Positions 44,523-53,423 of a stretch of DNA of 59,296 bases are shown piece after piece. The stretch covers positions 1-59,296 of the forward strand of contig CAYPWN010000001.1 in assembly GCA_964414525.1 (NCBI GenBank), given 5' to 3'. The position numbers and the translations under genes were made by a program. Position 1 is the first letter of the stretch, and each line of letters starts with the position of its first letter. Below the pieces are notes generated by a model. It did no database searches and had not been told where the DNA came from. It saw nothing but the letters and a program-made list of their open reading frames with translations. Source of the stretch: an uncultured Candidatus Poseidoniales archaeon. GTDB lineage: Archaea; Thermoplasmatota; Poseidoniia; Poseidoniales; Thalassarchaeaceae.

Positions 44523-46040
44523 GTGACGGAGCCAGACAAGGCCAAGCGAGGAATACCTCCAAAGTCTGATTTCAACTCATGGTACCCTTCGATAGTTGAA
44601 ATCTCAGACCTAGTTGACAAGAGGTATCCCATCAAGGGAATGGATGTATGGAAGCCCTACGGGCTATCAGCAATGAGCAACATCGACTCACTCGCTCGTT
44701 CGGAGATGTCTAGAACCGGCCATCAGGAATACCGCTTCCCGCTACTCGTTCCTGAGGATCTTCTAGACAAGGAAAACAAGCTGGTTTCTAGGCTTAAGGC
44801 TGCAAGAGAAGCTGGAGTCGACCCCTCAGAGCTAAGGATAGATGACGAGGAGTCTGGCTTCAAGAAAGAGGTCTATTGGGTGACTCACGGGGGGGAAAAC
44901 AAGCTTGAAATTCCCATGTTCCTAAGGCCTACTTCTGAGACTCCAATGTATACCATGTTCTCCCTATGGGTCAGGAGTCACGCCGACCTACCCCTGAAGA
45001 CCTTTCAAATTGTAAACACCTTCAGGTACGAGACAAAGCAAACACGCTCATTCATCAGAGTAAGGGAGATACATTTCTTCGAAGCCCACACAGCACACGC
45101 CGACAAAGAGGGTGCCGACATCCAGATAGAAGAAGACGCTGAGATGGTGCGGAGGATTCTGCATGAGCTATGTCTACCATCTATAGTATCAAAGAGGCCT
45201 GTTTGGGATACATTCCCCGGGGCTTGGTTCACCAAGGCCGCGGATGTCGTAATGCCGAATGGTCGAACGTTGCAAGTCGCAACATACCACCACTACAGGG
45301 ACCAATGGGCCAGGGCTTTCGATCTCTCGTATGAGGATAGGAATGGAGACACGCAGATGTGTCACCAAACGACATTCGGAATGTCAGAGAGACTCCTAGG
45401 GGCAGTAGTTGGCATGCATGGGGATGACAACGGCCTAATCATGCCGCCATCGATAGCTCCATTCCAAGTAGTTGTAATGCCTGTAGCCGCTCATTCAGAT
45501 GACACGGTAATCCCTGCAGTGCAACAGCTAGCCGAAGAGCTCTCTTCCACCGGGCTCAGAGTGAAGTTGGATGACAGAGACGTCCGACTTGGAGTCAAGC
45601 ACTATGACTGGGAGATCAAGGGCGTCCCTATTAGGATAGAACTGGGCCCGCGGGATCTCTCAGCGGGCAAATGCGTAGTTACACTAAGGACCGGGGGTAA
45701 GACGGAAATAGATTTAGATGGTGCATCAGGCGACATACGCAATCTACTCAACAACGTTTCCGATGAATTGAGAAGACGTTCCGAATTATTATTTTCTGAG
45801 TTAGTCTCCCCATTTCCCATTGGAAATGGGCAGTCAGTAATGGACATGGGGGCTGACCTTCCCGATGGAACGGTTTACGAAATTGCCTTCGATGGGAACG
45901 ACTCGGATGCCGAGACATTAGAGAAGAAAACCGGCCTAACATTGCTGGGCGAATGCGACAATCAATTCGAAGCACCCAGGCCTTGTGTAGTTACAGGCAA
46001 ATCAACTACTAAGAGGCAATACATCGCCAGAATGTACTGA
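44523..46040 (+). CDS. proS: Prolyl-tRNA synthetase (archaeal type)
   Basis: FNSWYPSIVEISDLVDKRYPIKG is present with class II motifs. It is 505 aa. The start is GTG. Confidence 0.95.
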   Translation: MTEPDKAKRGIPPKSDFNSWYPSIVEISDLVDKRYPIKGMDVWKPYGLSAMSNIDSLARSEMSRTGHQEYRFPLLVPEDLLDKENKLVSRLKAAREAGVDPSELRIDDEESGFKKEVYWVTHGGENKLEIPMFLRPTSETPMYTMFSLWVRSHADLPLKTFQIVNTFRYETKQTRSFIRVREIHFFEAHTAHADKEGADIQIEEDAEMVRRILHELCLPSIVSKRPVWDTFPGAWFTKAADVVMPNGRTLQVATYHHYRDQWARAFDLSYEDRNGDTQMCHQTTFGMSERLLGAVVGMHGDDNGLIMPPSIAPFQVVVMPVAAHSDDTVIPAVQQLAEELSSTGLRVKLDDRDVRLGVKHYDWEIKGVPIRIELGPRDLSAGKCVVTLRTGGKTEIDLDGASGDIRNLLNNVSDELRRRSELLFSELVSPFPIGNGQSVMDMGADLPDGTVYEIAFDGNDSDAETLEKKTGLTLLGECDNQFEAPRPCVVTGKSTTKRQYIARMY

Positions 46041-46607
46041 TTTCTTCCTGAAAAGAAATCCTATTAGCGTAATGATGGAGAAAACTGCGAGCAATCCTAT
46101 ATCGAATATTCCTAGATCCATGGGTTGAGTCCATGCGACTTCTGTATGGAGTCTCTCCCACGTGTAACCTTCCTCCATTACCAATTTGTAATTTCCATAA
46201 TCTGGATTACAAATGTAGGGATAGTCGGCCACCCCCATCGAACATAATACCTGTCCACCACCGATCAGTGAATTTACTGCAACGCCAATGAGTCCGAATA
46301 GTCCTGTGAACAGAACAAAATACCTGCGACCCCCTCTTTCGGAAATCTCATTCTCTTTGGAATCTGACATGTCAGGAACAAAATCTGGAAGGCTGACATC
46401 AGTAGAGATTGGAGCACTTTGCGGAGGTAGCTCTACAGCCCCAATCTCCGGAGCAGATACGCCCATTTCCTCCAGCGCTTCGCTACCATATATCCTCTCA
46501 GCCATCGAGTATAGGCTCACATCATCCTCTATCTCTGTAGGATTGATTTCTCCCGAGAGCAGCCTCTTAACAGCATCAGCGTCAGGCATTATGTAAGAAT
46601 CTGGCAA
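46002..46607 (-). CDS. Hypothetical membrane protein (acidic N-terminal region, two TM helices)
   Basis: The start is ATG. The TM helices are FVLFTGLFGLIGVAV and GLLAVFSIITLIGFLF. The 3' end overlaps proS by 39 nt. No family is recognised. Confidence 0.45.
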   Translation of the reverse strand: MPDSYIMPDADAVKRLLSGEINPTEIEDDVSLYSMAERIYGSEALEEMGVSAPEIGAVELPPQSAPISTDVSLPDFVPDMSDSKENEISERGGRRYFVLFTGLFGLIGVAVNSLIGGGQVLCSMGVADYPYICNPDYGNYKLVMEEGYTWERLHTEVAWTQPMDLGIFDIGLLAVFSIITLIGFLFRKKSVHSGDVLPLSS

Positions 46608-46645
46608 TCGTGACCCCTATCAAATGAACCCTACTATGGGCTAGC

Positions 46646-47602
46646 TCAAGTCGTGTTTTTACGCTGAATCGCCTTTCGGGCGGCAGAACAGACATCTTCA
46701 GCAGATAATCCTAGCTCTGACATTAGTTCAGAGGGGCTTCCACTTTCACCGAACCTGTCTTTGACACCCACCATCTCCAAGGGAGTGGGATGGTTAGTGG
46801 CGAGCCATTCGGAAATGGCACTACCTAGGCCGCCCATAACAGAATGGTCTTCGGCCGAAACAAAGCAACCGCAGGTCTCTGCAAGCTCCCCGATTAAATC
46901 CACATCAAGAGGTTTGATTGTATGCATATCTATCACCGATGCACCGATACCTTCGGAATATAGTGCTTCGGAAGCTATCACTGCCTGCTCTACCATCACA
47001 CCACATGCGATAATTGCCACATCACTCCCTTCACGAATCGTGCTCCCAGACCCAATCCTTAGCTCAGTGACACTATCTTCGTCATAGACCCGGGGGGTTT
47101 TGTTCCTTGCAGTCCTCATGTAGGAGGACCCATCAAGATCTAATAATTGCACAGTCAACTTCTCTGCAGAGATATCGTCGCATGGGTGAATAACTGTCAT
47201 TTTTGGTATGGTTCTATATATCGCTAGGTCCTCTATTGACTGAGCACTGCTTCCATCGGTACCTGTGTGGATTCCACCATGGCTTCCGCAAATGTGCACA
47301 TTTAGACCCGGTCTTGCAATCCCATTCCTGACTTGCTCGAATGCCCGCTCTGTGAAAATGGCGAACGTGCTTGCAAAGGGAATCTTCCCAGATGAAGCCA
47401 TTCCTGCTGCGACGAGCATCATGTTCTGTTCAGCAATGCCCAGAGAGACGGTCCTTTCTGGGAATTGGTCCCTAAAATAGCATGATTTTGTGGACTTCCC
47501 AAGATCAGCTTCCAATGCTACGACTCTAGGGTCATCTGCCAATCTCAATAGCCCCTTTCCATACCCATCTCTGGATGCTCCTCCTGTTGATGGTGCGCTC
47601 AT
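46646..47602 (-). CDS. Transketolase, C-terminal (pyrimidine-binding) subunit
   Basis: It has a Pyr-binding/C-terminal domain pattern (GIAEQNMMLVAAGMA) and is 318 aa. It overlaps the upstream N-terminal subunit gene by 4 nt. Confidence 0.9.
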   Translation of the reverse strand: MSAPSTGGASRDGYGKGLLRLADDPRVVALEADLGKSTKSCYFRDQFPERTVSLGIAEQNMMLVAAGMASSGKIPFASTFAIFTERAFEQVRNGIARPGLNVHICGSHGGIHTGTDGSSAQSIEDLAIYRTIPKMTVIHPCDDISAEKLTVQLLDLDGSSYMRTARNKTPRVYDEDSVTELRIGSGSTIREGSDVAIIACGVMVEQAVIASEALYSEGIGASVIDMHTIKPLDVDLIGELAETCGCFVSAEDHSVMGGLGSAISEWLATNHPTPLEMVGVKDRFGESGSPSELMSELGLSAEDVCSAARKAIQRKNTT

Positions 47603-48432
47603 GATAGCTCCTCCAACGCCAACGCCAACTCCTCATCGCTAGGCGCCTTTCCATGGAATGATGGGTTGTCCTCCATGAATGAAACACCCTTTCCTTTGGT
47701 GGTATGCGCAATTATCGCAACTGGAGACTCTTCGGCATCTGCCCATCTGAATGAATCCACCAAGGCACCCATGTCGTGTCCGTCAACATCCCTGACTGTC
47801 CAACCAAATGCGGAGAATTTCTCGCCTATGTCTCCAACTTCCATCTGGACCTCCATGAAGTCGTCATTCTGTATGCGGTTCCGGTCTACTATGACTCTGA
47901 GGTTAGAAGCACTGTGGTAGGAGGCGGCCATAGCAGCTTCCCAAACCTGCCCTTCCTGTGTCTCGCCATCCCCAATCATAACCCAAATAGACCTCTCACT
48001 TGAGTCCATTTTCGCAGCAATGGAACAGCCCAGGCCGAAGGATAGGCCCATACCTAGGCTACCAGCAGAGAAATCTACCCCCTTTGTCCAGTTCATGTCA
48101 ACGTGGCCCTGGCATGCCGATCCCATAGACCTGAATCCCATGATGTCTTCTTCATTCAATACCCCAATCTGGTGCAGTAAGGCGTACATTGCTGGACTAG
48201 CATGGCCCTTGCTCATGATGAACCTGTCACGGTCTTCCCAATCCGGATCGCTAGTATCGAACCTTAGAGTCGATCCATAAAGCGCAACCATGCAGTCAAT
48301 AGCTGATAGAGAACCCCCGGGATGGCCTGATTTTGCAGCATGCGTCATCCTGACTATGTCTATCCTGCATTGCTTGGCCATTTCAGTTAACTCAGAGACG
48401 CTATTGCTCAAGTCTCCCCTCACAAATATCAT
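47599..48432 (-). CDS. Transketolase, N-terminal (TPP-binding) subunit
   Basis: SGHPGGSLS and GDGETQEG are present. I chose the ATG at 48432 (277 aa). The 376-aa ORF to 48729 would overlap the divergent radical SAM gene. Confidence 0.9.
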   Translation of the reverse strand: MIFVRGDLSNSVSELTEMAKQCRIDIVRMTHAAKSGHPGGSLSAIDCMVALYGSTLRFDTSDPDWEDRDRFIMSKGHASPAMYALLHQIGVLNEEDIMGFRSMGSACQGHVDMNWTKGVDFSAGSLGMGLSFGLGCSIAAKMDSSERSIWVMIGDGETQEGQVWEAAMAASYHSASNLRVIVDRNRIQNDDFMEVQMEVGDIGEKFSAFGWTVRDVDGHDMGALVDSFRWADAEESPVAIIAHTTKGKGVSFMEDNPSFHGKAPSDEELALALEELS

Positions 48433-48505
48433 TCGCACGTGCGGGCTATTGATAGTTTTCAATGACAATGTTTCAAATCTTGGTTGTAGTCGGAGATAAC
48501 AATTG

Positions 48506-49705
48506 ATGTCCGGCTTGTACGATACGGATCCTCTTTGGAGGGAAAAGCTGTCCGATATGGATGTTCCATTATCGGTCAAAAAAGATGTACTGCTAACTGA
48601 TGTTCTGGACATGATCATTTGTGGGGAGAGAATTAGCACCGAACTTGGCGCGGAATTGCACAGGAGCCCAAACCTAACTGGGATAGCTTCCCTTGCTGAC
48701 TGCATAAAGCGGTCAAGATTCGGTTCCAACGTATTCTACAACGAGAATCTTCACGTCAATACGACAAACGTTTGCACCCTTGCATGCAGATTCTGTGCAT
48801 TTCGACGAGGATACCGAAGCGAAGACGCGTATTCCCTGTCGCCTGAGGATTTCGTCTCTAGAATACTCCCGTACAGCAGCATAATTGACGAGGTTCATGC
48901 GGTGGGGGGCCTTCATCCGACATGGACCGTAGATCATTACTCGGAAATGTATAGGCTCTCCAAGGAGAAATTCCCCCATATTAGCATAAAGTCTCTAACT
49001 GCGGTTGAAGTAAAGCATATAGCCTCCAGATCTGGTATTTCCATTTCTGAAACCCTCCGTATCCTCCTCGAATCGGGGTTAGATTCCCTACCCGGGGGGG
49101 GTGCCGAGATCCTTGTGGATTCTATCAGGGACCGAATATGCAGGGGCAAGGAGAAATCAGATGAATACCTTGAGATACATGAGATTGCTCACTCGCTAGG
49201 AATCCCAACAAACTGTACCATGCTCTTCGGAACGATAGAATCTGTCTATGATCGTATGACACATCTGAATAAGCTAAGATTACAGCAAGACTCGTCACAT
49301 GGCTTCCAGTGCTTCGTGCCATACCCGTTTTTGAAGGACAACACCAGGCTTCCAGAGGCCAAGATTGCATCACCAAGCGACGTGATTAGAGTAATTGCAA
49401 TATCCAGGATTATGCTAGACAACATCCCCCACATCAAGGCCTATAGGATGAATATCGGGGACCACCTATCTGCCATAGCGATTAACTCTGGGGCCGACGA
49501 TATCGATGGCACGGTTGGCCATGAGGAGATAATGCATGAGGCCGGCAGCACCACTAGGGTTGACTACGATAGCGACAGACTGTCAAAGCTTGTCGAGTCC
49601 TCAGGATTGACTCCAGTGAGGAGGAACTCCACTTACTCGTCATTCAGCATAAACAACTTCCAAAACTCCCGCCATGCTCTAAGCCTTCCAATCTCGGGAC
49701 AGTGA
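48506..49705 (+). CDS. Radical SAM enzyme of the futalosine pathway (MqnC/MqnE family)
   Basis: The CTLACRFCAF cluster (Cx3Cx2C) is present. The CofH/MqnC/MqnE-like length and GG..P motifs are present. It lies immediately upstream of mqnA. I cannot separate MqnC from MqnE by eye. Confidence 0.75.
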   Translation: MSGLYDTDPLWREKLSDMDVPLSVKKDVLLTDVLDMIICGERISTELGAELHRSPNLTGIASLADCIKRSRFGSNVFYNENLHVNTTNVCTLACRFCAFRRGYRSEDAYSLSPEDFVSRILPYSSIIDEVHAVGGLHPTWTVDHYSEMYRLSKEKFPHISIKSLTAVEVKHIASRSGISISETLRILLESGLDSLPGGGAEILVDSIRDRICRGKEKSDEYLEIHEIAHSLGIPTNCTMLFGTIESVYDRMTHLNKLRLQQDSSHGFQCFVPYPFLKDNTRLPEAKIASPSDVIRVIAISRIMLDNIPHIKAYRMNIGDHLSAIAINSGADDIDGTVGHEEIMHEAGSTTRVDYDSDRLSKLVESSGLTPVRRNSTYSSFSINNFQNSRHALSLPISGQ

Positions 49706-50514
49706 GTGAGATGTCTTGGGAGAGGGTTCTTGGGAGGGTCTCGTTCATCAACTGCGATCCAGTTTTCCATTCGATTGACGAAGGATGGGACGTTCTATCG
49801 GCACCCCCCTCATGGCTGACTGGGCATCTTCTACGGAGAGATTGCATAACAGCACCAATACCAACTGCAGACTACGCAAATCACCAAGAGAAACTCGACC
49901 TGATATCTGATATCGGCATTGTGGGCAGGGAGAAAGTAGGTTCCGTGCTATTGTTCGGGAACAGACCTATTGATTCGATGAGGGACATCGCTCTTCCCTC
50001 GGACTCATCCACATCCAGCATGCTACTAAGATGGCTATTGAACGAAAGGGGAGTAGACCCAAAATTTGTAGAGATGGGGCCAGATTTAGACTCGATGCTC
50101 GAAGAGTGCGACGGAGCATTGATTATCGGTGACAGGGCAATATCCGCTGCCAACTCTAATCCCTCTATGGTGCTAATGGACCTGGCAAAAGAATGGATTG
50201 AGATTACAGGTTTTCCAATGGTATTCGGTGTATTCGCAGCTCGGAGAGACTCACAAATCAGCCTAGTAAGAGAGGCCCGCGAAGTGATGCTTGAACAGTA
50301 CTACTCGTTCCTGGAGGACGAACAAGTCAGGCAGTCAGTAATTTCAACCTCTTCCCAGAAGATCAACCTTCCGCCCGACAGAGTGTCTGCTTACTTCGAA
50401 GATGAAGTCAGCAACATCCTGGATGAAGACTCCATCAAGGGTCTAGAGACATTTCTGGTCAACGTATGCGGAGTAGACTCCGAAATTTCATGGATCGTCA
50501 GTCAATCTGAATAA
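49702..50514 (+). CDS. mqnA: Chorismate dehydratase MqnA (futalosine pathway)
   Basis: It has the VitK2-biosynthesis fold pattern: GRVSFINCDPV, TADYANH, LIIGDRA and DLAKEWIEITGFPMVFGVFAARRD. The start is GTG at 49702 or ATG at 49711. Confidence 0.7.
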   Translation: MSEMSWERVLGRVSFINCDPVFHSIDEGWDVLSAPPSWLTGHLLRRDCITAPIPTADYANHQEKLDLISDIGIVGREKVGSVLLFGNRPIDSMRDIALPSDSSTSSMLLRWLLNERGVDPKFVEMGPDLDSMLEECDGALIIGDRAISAANSNPSMVLMDLAKEWIEITGFPMVFGVFAARRDSQISLVREAREVMLEQYYSFLEDEQVRQSVISTSSQKINLPPDRVSAYFEDEVSNILDEDSIKGLETFLVNVCGVDSEISWIVSQSE

Positions 50515-50981
50515 TCTAGCTTGTCGTTTGACACCCAATTAAGCAAATCGATCGCAACCTCACATGACTCAGCAATCACTACTTGACTGTCATCGACGAA
50601 TTTCTCCAGGGTAGACATTGCTACTCTGTTACCAATAGCTCCTAGAGCCTCAGCCGCCTCATGCCTGACCATCAGGTCCTCTTCATGGTCCTCGAGTCTC
50701 TCTATCAGGTGGGGGACTGCATGATCGTCCTGCATCTGCCCCAAAACGTATGCAATCTCGTGCTTGAGTAGTGCCGATGACGAGCTGAATGCCCTAGCCA
50801 GATAGTCCACTGCATCTTTGCCCCCGATATTCCTCAGAGCGAATAGTGCCCTCATCCTGTGGAACATCCTCTCCTCTTCATTGCATAGGGTCTCGCCCAG
50901 TGTGCTCACTCGCGCATCGTCGCTGGCCGGGGCAGGGTCTACAGACCCGAACTCGCTGACTTCGGGCCTTTTCTCACTCAT
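50502..50981 (-). CDS. Half-size deoxyhypusine hydroxylase-like HEAT-repeat protein (two His-Glu motifs)
   Basis: SALLKHEIAYVLGQMQD and LMVRHEAAEALGAIG lie 33 residues apart. The flanking FALRNIGG and ESCEVAIDLL are also present. The ATG at 50981 overlaps the mqnD stop (ATGAGTGA). The TTG at 50996 is an alternative start. Confidence 0.75.
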   Translation of the reverse strand: MSEKRPEVSEFGSVDPAPASDDARVSTLGETLCNEEERMFHRMRALFALRNIGGKDAVDYLARAFSSSSALLKHEIAYVLGQMQDDHAVPHLIERLEDHEEDLMVRHEAAEALGAIGNRVAMSTLEKFVDDSQVVIAESCEVAIDLLNWVSNDKLDYSD

Positions 50982-51840
50982 CTCTCTCAGCCCCAATGAA
51001 ATTCATTGACCTCGGGTCGAAGTCTGCCCTAACTAGTCCTATTTCCTTTCCCCTTTCGAGGAATAGCCTAACCGCTTCCCGACCTTCAGGTCCATAGTCA
51101 ACCGTTCGTTCATTGACGTACATCCTGACAAATTCTTCGTTAGTGTCCTCATCTATCCCTCTACCCCACTGTCTAGAAAATTCTAATGCCAAATCAGGGT
51201 TAGAAAGCGAGTACTGGATACTATTCCTAATGTCAATGGATATCTGTTCGCACATTTCGTCTCCCAGGTCCTTCCTTACTACATTGCCACCGAGAGGTAG
51301 CGGCAGACCAGTATCATTATTCCACCAAACCCCAAGGTCAACAACTAGGTTTGCGCCCTCGTTATTCCATGTTAACTGCCCTTCGTGAATTATAACGCCG
51401 GCATCATACTCCCCACTGATGACCCCGGGTAGTATTCTATCGAAAGGGACCTCTATTGTTGCCACCTCCCCCAAAGCCATGACAAGAGCCATGTATGAAC
51501 TAGTGCTGGTTCCGGGAACTGCGATTTCACAGCTTGCTACCTCGTCCAAGCTCATTTCTCTCTTCGAAACAAGGATTGGGCCGTACCCCTCTCCCATTGA
51601 GGCTCCACAGTTCATTAGAGAGTATGAATCTGATATCTCCGGGAATGATCGGATGCTCACTGCTGAAACTTCGTATGTCCCTCTCCTAGCCTCTCGGTTC
51701 AGGGTGTCAATGTCTACCAATACGTGTTCGTAGGCCCTTCCGGGGGTATCTATTGCCCCCGTGGTCAGAGCATAGAACATGAACGCGTCATCTGGATCCG
51801 GAGAGTGACCAACCCTGATCTTCACTTCGGTGTCATTCAC
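50974..51840 (-). CDS. mqnD: 1,4-dihydroxy-6-naphthoate synthase MqnD
   Basis: RVGHSPDPDDAFMFYAL, DIDTLNREA, AVPGTSTSSY, FDRILPGVISGEYDAGVIIHEGQLTW and VVDLGVWWNNDTGLPLPLGGNVVRKDLG are present. The start is GTG. Confidence 0.85.
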   Translation of the reverse strand: MNDTEVKIRVGHSPDPDDAFMFYALTTGAIDTPGRAYEHVLVDIDTLNREARRGTYEVSAVSIRSFPEISDSYSLMNCGASMGEGYGPILVSKREMSLDEVASCEIAVPGTSTSSYMALVMALGEVATIEVPFDRILPGVISGEYDAGVIIHEGQLTWNNEGANLVVDLGVWWNNDTGLPLPLGGNVVRKDLGDEMCEQISIDIRNSIQYSLSNPDLALEFSRQWGRGIDEDTNEEFVRMYVNERTVDYGPEGREAVRLFLERGKEIGLVRADFDPRSMNFIGAERDE

Positions 51841-51856
51841 GTTCTATCGGTAGAAC
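51841..51856. promoter_or_regulatory. Perfect inverted repeat GTTCTA-tcgg-TAGAAC abutting the mqnD start codon
   Basis: The 6-bp arms are separated by 4 nt and lie directly 5' of the GTG at 51840 on the minus strand. It could be a protein-binding site or a 5'-proximal hairpin. The function is unknown. Confidence 0.2.
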
Positions 51857-51904
51857 ATTAGTTGAAATGCATTTGCTTCCAGATTCCTGCCACGGAATAA
51901 TGAA

Positions 51905-52123
51905 GTGCATTTCCAAATTGGCCAATTCGTGCCAGACCCAGATAAGCTGTCAACCGCATCAGGGCAACTAGGACCAGTATGCGCCATTACTGGCAAGGCT
52001 CTGAAGTTCTCTGAAGCGATCGTATTGGACAATGAGTACGTTTGCTGGGAGGCCTACGTAGAAGCAACGGGAGCAAGCCCGTCCACCGATGGTAAAGAAG
52101 TCGGCGGACTGAAACTCAGCTGA
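51905..52123 (+). CDS. Doubtful small ORF (72 aa)
   Basis: The only start is GTG, with no SD and no recognised family. I list it only because it fills the longest otherwise non-coding gap in the window. Confidence 0.2.
   Translation: MHFQIGQFVPDPDKLSTASGQLGPVCAITGKALKFSEAIVLDNEYVCWEAYVEATGASPSTDGKEVGGLKLS
51916..51927. promoter_or_regulatory. Perfect 12-bp palindrome AATTGGCCAATT in the mqnD-priS divergent region
   Basis: The sequence is self-complementary. Its coordinates are cross-checked against both-strand ORF translations. The function is unknown. Confidence 0.2.
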
Positions 52124-52159
52124 TTGAAACCTTATTTCCCCCCTCTATCTTGATGGGTC

Positions 52160-53365
52160 ATGGCGGAAGGCTGGAGCAGGTTCGCACTGAGGTTCTCCGA
52201 ATACTACGACTCAGTCTCAACCGAATCACTCTGGGTCCCCCCCAGGCTAAGAAATAGGGAGTGGATGTTCATACCTTGGGGAGGGGGTTTTCCAGACAGA
52301 CACCGATCCTTTTCTGACAAGGGTTCGTTACATTCGTACCTAAGGAGCAGAGCACCACACTCTTGTTTCCATAGTACTGCCTATTACGAGGATCCGGCAA
52401 ACAGGAAAATGTCAGAAAAGGGTTGGCTTGGGGCGGACCTAATCTTCGATTTAGACGGAGATCACTTGCCCGGTATTTCCGACAACGATTTCCCTGGAAT
52501 GATTGAAGTCATCCAGGCCCAAGCATGGAGGCTATGGAATGAGTTCCTAGAACCCGAGTTCGGATTCAAACCCGAATACACCCAGACTACGTTCTCAGGT
52601 CACAGGGGCTTCCACATACACGTTCGAGATCCAAAACTACTTCATATGGATTCAAATGCTAGGAGAGAGATTGTGAACTACATCAGGGGAGAGGGAATCG
52701 ATGTACAATCAGTACTTACAGGACATGATATAGGCTGGGGATCGAGAGCCAGGAATGCAATGGATACAGTGATTCAGGAGCTTAGGGAAATCGAAAAGGG
52801 AGATAAAAATGGTAAGCAGATTCTGGGCAGATACCACGACATTCTTCGATCACGCGCCAAGTCACCTTCTACCAAACTAAAATCCTCTAGCAGAGCAAAA
52901 ATTGTCGAATTGGCGAATCTGGCTTCATCGGAAGACCGGATATCTAGGCTCAGGGACGACCAAACACTGTCAGTATTTGGTGATGTATGCACACCCATGT
53001 TCTGGGAACTAGTGAAGGGCGACTCTTCCGTAGTAATGGGAAGTGCTGGAGAGACTGACGAAGCAGTAACTGTTGACACTAAGCGCGTAATCAGATGGGT
53101 CGGAAGCCTACACGGAAAATCTGGACTCAGGGTGACGGAATTCCCCCTAGAACGGCTAGATCCAGACGGTAGTAGGCCCTTCGATCCACTCAATGAGGCA
53201 GTGGTATTCAAAGGAGGAAATGTTGGTGTGAGAATTATTGCCGAAGACGTGACAGCCGAGATTTCAGGCGTCAGGCTAGATCCCTCTGTCGGAGATGAAA
53301 TGGAAGTCGAGGAGTCAATGGCTATGTTCCTGTGCCTAAAAGGGTGGGCAGAGATAGTCAAATAG
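52160..53365 (+). CDS. priS: DNA primase small (catalytic) subunit PriS
   Basis: The catalytic GADLIFDLDGDH and FSGHRGFHIHV are present. It is 401 aa. Confidence 0.9.
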   Translation: MAEGWSRFALRFSEYYDSVSTESLWVPPRLRNREWMFIPWGGGFPDRHRSFSDKGSLHSYLRSRAPHSCFHSTAYYEDPANRKMSEKGWLGADLIFDLDGDHLPGISDNDFPGMIEVIQAQAWRLWNEFLEPEFGFKPEYTQTTFSGHRGFHIHVRDPKLLHMDSNARREIVNYIRGEGIDVQSVLTGHDIGWGSRARNAMDTVIQELREIEKGDKNGKQILGRYHDILRSRAKSPSTKLKSSSRAKIVELANLASSEDRISRLRDDQTLSVFGDVCTPMFWELVKGDSSVVMGSAGETDEAVTVDTKRVIRWVGSLHGKSGLRVTEFPLERLDPDGSRPFDPLNEAVVFKGGNVGVRIIAEDVTAEISGVRLDPSVGDEMEVEESMAMFLCLKGWAEIVK

Positions 53366-53423
53366 CCCGTTATAGTAAAATTCGGGTATAAACGAAACAT
53401 CTTGTTTACGAAGCCACAGAATA

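Noticed and set aside
50974-51840. The possibility that the missing N-terminal dyad of the DOHH-like protein is encoded immediately upstream, i.e. a split or frameshifted full-length gene.
   Set aside because: The upstream sequence is fully occupied by an intact, full-length MqnD with family-typical N- and C-termini in another frame. This leaves no room for a second HEAT dyad.
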